Below are positions 57,739-64,000 of a stretch of 64,000 bases of DNA, one piece after another. Every line of letters begins with the position of its first letter. Within the stretch, counting starts at the first letter, position 1. The stretch is from Gemmatimonadota bacterium. Lineage in GTDB: Bacteria; Gemmatimonadota; Gemmatimonadetes; Longimicrobiales; Gaopeijiaceae. The stretch spans positions 17,812 to 81,811 of the forward strand of contig JBBDSN010000188.1 of assembly GCA_040904885.1 (NCBI GenBank), written 5' to 3'. Below the pieces are notes generated by a model. It was given only the letters and a program-made list of their open reading frames with translations, searched no databases and was not told the DNA's origin. The translations under genes were made by a program, and so were the position numbers.

Positions 57739-58428
57739 CTACCCCCCCCAGACACGCTCGGCGCTCGAGGCGCGAACGTAGGCCGGTTCCCACCCGGAGG
57801 AGTCGACGGGCGGCGGTGCGCCCCCGAGCGCGACACAGCGTAGCAGCCCCAGCGCGTACTGTGGCGCCGCAGCCTCCGCCACGACGCCGAAGCCGGCCTT
57901 CCGGAGCATCGCCTCGTGCTTCACCGCACCATCCCCCGCGAACTCGCTACCGACCGGAACCTCTCCGGCCAGCACGTCCTGGATGCGCCCGCCGTGGGGA
58001 GAGACGAGTTCCTCGAACACGGACGCCCCGGTCCGGTAACAGGCGCCGTACACCCGGTCGCCACGCGCATCGAAGAGCACGTAGCGCACGGTGGGCTCGT
58101 CCGGCGCGGAGAGCGGCGCGGTCAGCGCCGCGGCCGCCAGGCTGGAGACCGGCCGGAGCGGCACGCCGAGCGCGAACGCGAGTCCCTTGGCGGTCGCGGC
58201 GGCGACCCGCACGCCGGTGAACGAGCCGGGTCCCTCCCCCACCACGATCTCGGAGACGTCGCGAGTGGTGAGCCCCGCGGCGGCCAATGCCTCGTGGATC
58301 CCCGGGAGCAGTCGCGCGGCGTGCTCCTTGCGATCTTCGAGCAGGGTCGTGCCACGCACGGTCCCGTCGACGTCGACGGCCACCGACCCCCACGCGCTGG
58401 ACGTATCGAGCGCGAGCAGGACGGTCAT
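57739..58428 (-). CDS. tsaB: tRNA t6A biosynthesis protein TsaB
   Basis: LALDTSS...VAV, VGEGPGSFTGVRV motifs. The start overlaps the tsaE stop as ATGA. Confidence 0.88.
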   Translation of the reverse strand: MTVLLALDTSSAWGSVAVDVDGTVRGTTLLEDRKEHAARLLPGIHEALAAAGLTTRDVSEIVVGEGPGSFTGVRVAAATAKGLAFALGVPLRPVSSLAAAALTAPLSAPDEPTVRYVLFDARGDRVYGACYRTGASVFEELVSPHGGRIQDVLAGEVPVGSEFAGDGAVKHEAMLRKAGFGVVAEAAAPQYALGLLRCVALGGAPPPVDSSGWEPAYVRASSAERVWGG

Positions 58429-58895
58429 GAAGGACCGCGGCCCAACGTCATCGGAAAGCCCGGAAGCCGAGGGGGCGCGCCGACCCGTTGGACTTCGATG
58501 TCCCGGAGCTTGCGGTTCCCCTGGGTCGCCGCGAGCTGCACGTGCCAGTAGTCCTCCGGCATGAGCGCGCCGGCCTGCTCGGGCCACTCGATGAGCACGA
58601 TCTCCGGCTGTGTGCCGAGGTCCGCCCACCCGAGCTCCCAAACCTCCTCGGGGTCGGAGATGCGGTACAGGTCGAGGTGGACCACCGAGACTCCGGAAGG
58701 CAGGTCGTAACGAAGCAGCAGGTTGAAGGTCGGAGAGGGCATCGGCACATCGACCCCGGCGCCTTCACCGATCGCGCGGGCGAGCACGGATTTGCCGGCC
58801 CCGAGCGGACCCTGGAGCGCGATGAAGACCGGAGGCTGCACCTCCTGCCCAATGGCGCGTCCCCACCGGACGACCTCCGGTTCAGTCAGACGCAC
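58425..58895 (-). CDS. tsaE: tRNA t6A biosynthesis ATPase TsaE
   Basis: LQGPLGAGKS Walker A, SPTFNL, HLDLYR, IEWPE motifs. Confidence 0.9.
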   Translation of the reverse strand: MRLTEPEVVRWGRAIGQEVQPPVFIALQGPLGAGKSVLARAIGEGAGVDVPMPSPTFNLLLRYDLPSGVSVVHLDLYRISDPEEVWELGWADLGTQPEIVLIEWPEQAGALMPEDYWHVQLAATQGNRKLRDIEVQRVGAPPRLPGFPMTLGRGPS

Positions 58896-58964
58896 GGCGG
58901 GTTCCCGTGGACATGGAAGGCCTCGAGGCGGACGGAAAAGTGCATGCGGGCAATATAATCGTCG

Positions 58965-59579
58965 TCAGCCTTGGTACAGCCCCCGAGCACGAATCGACCG
59001 GGCGACCCCTTCCGGCACGGACCCGGCCGGATCCCCGCCCTTCCGGACCGCGGCGCGCACCCCGGTCGAGGAGACGTCGACGTCCCTCACGGGCACGAAC
59101 GTCACGGCGTCGCGCAGGCCGGGCACCGCTTCGGCGACCTCCGGAGCTGACGCGCGCGCCGAAGTACCGGCGCGATTCATCACGGCGAGACGCGCCACCC
59201 GCACGATGCGCTCGGGTGCGCGCCAACGGGCGAAGTCCTCGAACTGGTCCGCTCCGAGGATGAGGAAGAGCTCGGCATCGGGGTGCTCGTCGCGCAGCTC
59301 TTCGAGCGTGTCGACGGTATACGACGGGCCGGGCCGGTCGAGCTCACGGGCATCGACTTCGAAGCGCGCATCGAGGGCCGCCGCCGCGCGCACCATCTCG
59401 AGCCGCACGTCCGGGTCCGAGACTTCTTCCTCGCGCTTGAACGGCGACACCCGGGCGGGCACCCACAGCACGCGATCGAGATCGAGGTGGTCGGCCACGT
59501 CCGCGGCGACCTTCACGTGGCCCTCATGCGGCGGGTCGAACGTTCCGCCGAATACCCCGATGCGCGGGGCGTCGCTCAC
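58965..59579 (-). CDS. nadD: nicotinate-nucleotide adenylyltransferase
   Basis: IGVFGGTFDPPHEGH, with SSTGVR near the C-terminus. Confidence 0.9.
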   Translation of the reverse strand: MSDAPRIGVFGGTFDPPHEGHVKVAADVADHLDLDRVLWVPARVSPFKREEEVSDPDVRLEMVRAAAALDARFEVDARELDRPGPSYTVDTLEELRDEHPDAELFLILGADQFEDFARWRAPERIVRVARLAVMNRAGTSARASAPEVAEAVPGLRDAVTFVPVRDVDVSSTGVRAAVRKGGDPAGSVPEGVARSIRARGLYQG

Positions 59580-59588
59580 GACCCGCGC

Positions 59589-60335
59589 TCAGCCCGTCGA
59601 GCCATCCGGACCCAGCTCCGACGCGGCTTCGGAGTCGGGATAGCGGGCCAGCAGACGATCACGCGCCTCGTCGGCGAGATCATCGTACCCGATGGCCATG
59701 TTCGCGTGGTAGATCCCGAGGAGCGCCAGAGGCGCGTATTCGGTGTCGGGATAGCGTTCCACGACGAACTCGAAGTACTTGATGGCCGAGTCGGGGATGT
59801 TTCGCCGGAGATAGAACCGACCGTTCAGGTAGTCCTTCTCGGCGAGGGTCGCCCGCATCTCCCCGGCGAGATCGGCGGCTTCGTCGGCCTGGGGCATCCC
59901 GGCGAAATCGGCCGCGGTGTTGCCGCACTCAATCAGCGCCTGCTGCGTGAACGTCTGGTCCCGCTCCGGACGAGGCGCCAACTCCGTGAACGCGCGGCAC
60001 CGCCCGAGCGCGGCGTCCGCGGCCCTGGGATGCCCTGGATACCGGTCCAGGAAGCGGCGGTATTCGGACGCGGCGGTCAGGTACTCCTCCTTCTCGAAGT
60101 ACAGCTCGCCCAGAAAGAGCCGGGCGTCGGCGACGCCGGTCCAGTCCCCATGGGCCAGCAGCAGCCGGTCGAGGGTGCGGATCGCGTTGTCGATGTCCCC
60201 CTCGTCGGCTTCCTGCTGCGCCATGATGAAGAGCGCCGGAGCGTCCATCCCCTGATAACGGTTGGAAGGGCCGCCGCACGCGGTGAGCGCAAGCAGGAGG
60301 AAGATCGGGACGTATTGAATCAAGGTCGTTCGCAT
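59589..60335 (-). CDS. bamD: outer-membrane protein assembly factor BamD (YfiO-like TPR lipoprotein)
   Basis: Lipobox LALTAC and a YfiO-like helical repeat pattern (AEKDYLNGRFYLRRNIPDSAIKYFEFVVERYPDTEYAPLAL). Confidence 0.75.
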   Translation of the reverse strand: MRTTLIQYVPIFLLLALTACGGPSNRYQGMDAPALFIMAQQEADEGDIDNAIRTLDRLLLAHGDWTGVADARLFLGELYFEKEEYLTAASEYRRFLDRYPGHPRAADAALGRCRAFTELAPRPERDQTFTQQALIECGNTAADFAGMPQADEAADLAGEMRATLAEKDYLNGRFYLRRNIPDSAIKYFEFVVERYPDTEYAPLALLGIYHANMAIGYDDLADEARDRLLARYPDSEAASELGPDGSTG

Positions 60336-60369
60336 GGGGCCTGGATACACGGGAAAGTCAGAAACCGGT

Positions 60370-61347
60370 TCAGCGACACCGGCCGGCACGAAGATACTCG
60401 AGACCGCGGCCGAAGCGGATCTCGTCGAAGGCGGCCTGGGCCCGGTCCACGAGCGCACCGGCCTGGTCGGCGTAGCGGACCTGGGCGTACGCTTCCATCG
60501 CCTCCTCGCACCGGCCCAGGTCGGCCAGGACTTCGCCCTTCTCGAACCACGCGCGGGCCTGGATGTTCCTGGGCTCGCCGATCTCGAGCGCGCGGTCGAG
60601 GTGCTCGAGCGCACGGAGCCTCTCGTTCTCGCCCGCCGATGGCCGGGCGAGCATGTCCCGGGCGACGTTGAACGAGCACGTTCCGATGTACCAGTTGACC
60701 TCGCCCCGCTCCCAGGGACGAACCCGCTCACGGAACCGCTCGAAGAACACGAGCGCGTCGTCGCAGTCGCCGATCTCCTCGTAGGCCTGGCCGACCTCGA
60801 AGACGATCTCGGGCGTGGAGTCGCGCATGTCGGCCATCGCGATCTGGTAGAACGGCAGCGCCTGCCCGTACTCCCCGTTGCCGAAGTAATGACGGGCGAG
60901 GGGGAGCGCCATGTCGCCGACGCCCACGCCCGGCTCGAGCGTGAGGGCCGACTCGACGGCCGTCGCCATCGCGAACTGGTCACCACTTCGCTGGGCATCG
61001 CGCGCGAGCCGCATCAGGTCGGAGATCGCCTGGCCGATCATCGACGAGTCGAGCGCCACGGCGCCGGCGTAGTGCTGGCCGGCGTCGTCCACGCGGCCGA
61101 GACGCGCATAGGTGTGGGCCAAGCGCGCATGAACCGCGGGGTCGTCGGAGCCCTGGCGCACCGCCAGGCGATACTCGGCGAGGGCCTCCTGGAGCTGGCC
61201 CATTGCGAACGCGATGTCGCCGCGCTGTACGACGGTCTCGTCGACATCGGGGGAGCATGCGGCGAGCGGAAGGACGACCCACGCCGCCACGACAGCCAGC
61301 ATGGCTCTCGCACTCGCCGCAAGGGGTCTCCGGTTCCGATGTCTCAT
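60370..61347 (-). CDS. TPR-repeat lipoprotein
   Basis: Lipobox LPLAAC, then multiple TPR-like helices (LQEALAEYRLAVRQ, ARLAHTYARLGRVDDAGQHY, FEKGEVLADLGRCEEAMEAY). The start overlaps the upstream TPR gene's stop as ATGA. Confidence 0.7.
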   Translation of the reverse strand: MRHRNRRPLAASARAMLAVVAAWVVLPLAACSPDVDETVVQRGDIAFAMGQLQEALAEYRLAVRQGSDDPAVHARLAHTYARLGRVDDAGQHYAGAVALDSSMIGQAISDLMRLARDAQRSGDQFAMATAVESALTLEPGVGVGDMALPLARHYFGNGEYGQALPFYQIAMADMRDSTPEIVFEVGQAYEEIGDCDDALVFFERFRERVRPWERGEVNWYIGTCSFNVARDMLARPSAGENERLRALEHLDRALEIGEPRNIQARAWFEKGEVLADLGRCEEAMEAYAQVRYADQAGALVDRAQAAFDEIRFGRGLEYLRAGRCR

Positions 61348-62108
61348 CCGCCGTCCTCCTCGTCCTCTTCTTTTTCGTGTTCCGCTTCTTCGTGTTCCGC
61401 GTATACCCCGACCGAGGCCAGATAGGCCCGCGCGCGCATGTCCGTCGGGTCGTCCTGCATGCACCGCCGCCATTCGTGGATCGCCCGGTCGACGTCGTCG
61501 AGCTTCTGCAGGACCACGCCCAGCCTCACCCGCGCTCCGACGAAGCCGGGACGCGGCTCGAGGATCGCCTCGAGCTCGGCCCGGGCCTGGTCGTACTCAC
61601 CCAGCTCGATGAGCGCCTCGGCGTACTTGGTTCGGATGTCCGAAAACCGCGGTCGGATATCCAGCGCCTTCCGGTAGTGCTCCATCGCTTCCTGCGGCCG
61701 GTCGGCGACCAGATACAGGTCACCCAATTGGGCGTGCGTCACGGCGATACGGTTGCCTACATCCGAGGGGAAGGTCCGGGAATCCCTGCGGTCGATGTCG
61801 TCCGCCTTGGAAAACGCCTCCTGGGCCTCTTCGTGGCGGCCGAGCTCGTTGAGGACGATGCCACGGTTGAGATGCGCCTCGGCGTAGGCCGGATTTTCGT
61901 CGAGGGCGACGTCGAAGTGCTCGAGCGCCTCTTCGAAGCGACCCAACATGGCCAGGCACAGCCCCGTCTTGTTACGGACGTCGGCGAATCGCGGGAAGTC
62001 TTCCAGCACCTCGAGAAACGTCCCGAGCGCCGACTCGTAGTCCTCACGCTCCCATGCGCTGATGCCGCGCGCGACGTTCTGCCGCGCCTGTCTCGCATCA
62101 CCTGTCAT
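61344..62108 (-). CDS. TPR-repeat protein with no signal peptide and an acidic C-terminal tail
   Basis: Consecutive TPR units (YESALGTFLEVLEDFP, AYAEAHLNRGIVLNELGRHEEAQEAF, EAMEHYRKALDIRP). Tail EHEEAEHEKEEDEEDGG. ATG 62108 is preferred over the TTG at 62120. Confidence 0.7.
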   Translation of the reverse strand: MTGDARQARQNVARGISAWEREDYESALGTFLEVLEDFPRFADVRNKTGLCLAMLGRFEEALEHFDVALDENPAYAEAHLNRGIVLNELGRHEEAQEAFSKADDIDRRDSRTFPSDVGNRIAVTHAQLGDLYLVADRPQEAMEHYRKALDIRPRFSDIRTKYAEALIELGEYDQARAELEAILEPRPGFVGARVRLGVVLQKLDDVDRAIHEWRRCMQDDPTDMRARAYLASVGVYAEHEEAEHEKEEDEEDGG

Positions 62109-62231
62109 GCCGATCGCCAATCCCCCCGGATGCCGATGGAATGAGGCTACCCGGCCGTTGGCCGCGCCCTCTCGACTCGCATGATAACCCTACGAGCATA
62201 CGAGTTCCCGGTGCGTCGCTCATGTCCACGC

Positions 62232-63191
<960 letters not shown>

Positions 63192-63194
63192 GGG

Positions 63195-64000
63195 TCAGCC
63201 CTGGCCTCCCGGCATCGCGGTGGACCTTCCGATGCTGTAGTACTCGAAGCCGTGCCCGGACATGGTCTCGGGGTCGTAGAGGTTGCGGCCGTCGAAGACG
63301 AGTGGCGTCGCCATCGCGGCGCGCATGCGCTCGAAGTCGGGGCGGCGGTAGGGGTGCCACTCGGTGTGGATGACCAGCGCGTCGGCGCCGTCGAGCGCGT
63401 CGTAGTTGGTCTGCACGTAGGTGATCTCGTCGCCGAAGTGGTGCGCGCGAGCTTCGTCGATGGCGACGGGATCGTGCGCGACGACCTTGGCTCCGGCATC
63501 GAGGAGGCCACGGATGGTGACGAGGCTCGGCGCCTCGCGCATGTCGTCGGTGTTCGGCTTGAAGGCGAGGCCCCAGACGGCGACGGTGCGGCCGGAGAGG
63601 TCATCGCCGAGGCGGGTGACCAGGCGCTCGAGCATGGTACGCTTCTGGCGCTCGTTCAGATCGTCGACGGCCTGGAGGATCGAGGCGTCCGCGCCGAGCT
63701 CGTGCATCGTACGCGCGAGTGCTTTGACGTCCTTCGGGAAGCACGAGCCGCCGTAGCCGATCCCCGGGAAGAGGAAGCTCGAACCGATGCGCCCGTCCGT
63801 GCCCACGCCCTGGCGCACCATGCTCACGTCGGCGCCGGTGCGCTCGCAGAGCTGCGCGATGGAGTTCATGAAGCTGATGCGGGTCGCGAGCATGGCGTTG
63901 GCCGCGTACTTGGTGATCTCGGCCGAGGGCACGTCCATGATGATGATCTGGTGGCCCTGCCGGACGAACGGGCTGTAGAGCTCCTGGAGGACTTCGGCGG
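63195..64000 (-). CDS. ugd: UDP-glucose 6-dehydrogenase, C-terminal part; the gene runs off the right edge
   Basis: AEITKYAANAMLATRISFMN, GIGYGGSCFPKD, LAFKPNTDDMREAP. The reading frame stays open upstream of 63938 to the window end. Confidence 0.9.
   Translation of the reverse strand, partial: AEVLQELYSPFVRQGHQIIIMDVPSAEITKYAANAMLATRISFMNSIAQLCERTGADVSMVRQGVGTDGRIGSSFLFPGIGYGGSCFPKDVKALARTMHELGADASILQAVDDLNERQKRTMLERLVTRLGDDLSGRTVAVWGLAFKPNTDDMREAPSLVTIRGLLDAGAKVVAHDPVAIDEARAHHFGDEITYVQTNYDALDGADALVIHTEWHPYRRPDFERMRAAMATPLVFDGRNLYDPETMSGHGFEYYSIGRSTAMPGGQG

Overview
This is a GC-rich (about 70% by eye, not computed), very gene-dense bacterial chromosomal segment. I call 64 protein genes, and 62 of them are on the minus strand. 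About 19 junctions are 4-nt ATGA/GTGA stop-start overlaps. The content is almost entirely housekeeping. DNA metabolism: recJ, dnaG, mutS2, dprA, ftsK, radC, tmk. Translation and RNA modification: prfA, prmC, rpmE, efp, prmA, rimO, rimI, tsaB, tsaE, rsmD, obg. Heat shock: hrcA-dnaJ. Fatty-acid and cofactor genes: accB, accC, coaD, nadD, aroQ, hemW, a polyprenyl synthase. There is also a large diderm-envelope set: lnt, a lolA-like gene, bamD, lptD, tatA, tatC, tolQ-tolR-tolA-tolB-pal-ybgF, a ppiD-like gene, a Ctp protease, and nucleotide-sugar genes. A complete outer-membrane toolkit combined with Firmicute-like items (YlbF/YmcA, DUF4321, hemW-hrcA-dnaJ-prmA synteny, MutS2) suggests a deep-branching Gram-negative lineage such as Gemmatimonadota; that is inference only. 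I found no rRNA, tRNA, CRISPR array, transposase, integrase or recognisable defence genes, and no gap is large enough to hide one. I did not find a convincing novel multi-gene system. The most unusual items are: two cytoplasmic TPR proteins with extreme acidic or tandem-repeat linkers; an orphan plus-strand ORF; a perfect 18-bp palindrome plus direct repeats upstream of ftcD; a lipoprotein with two FN3-like modules downstream of lptD; a coupled TPR pair upstream of bamD; and an envelope super-cluster with nrdR embedded. All product calls rest on motif recognition in the supplied translations. No database search was run.
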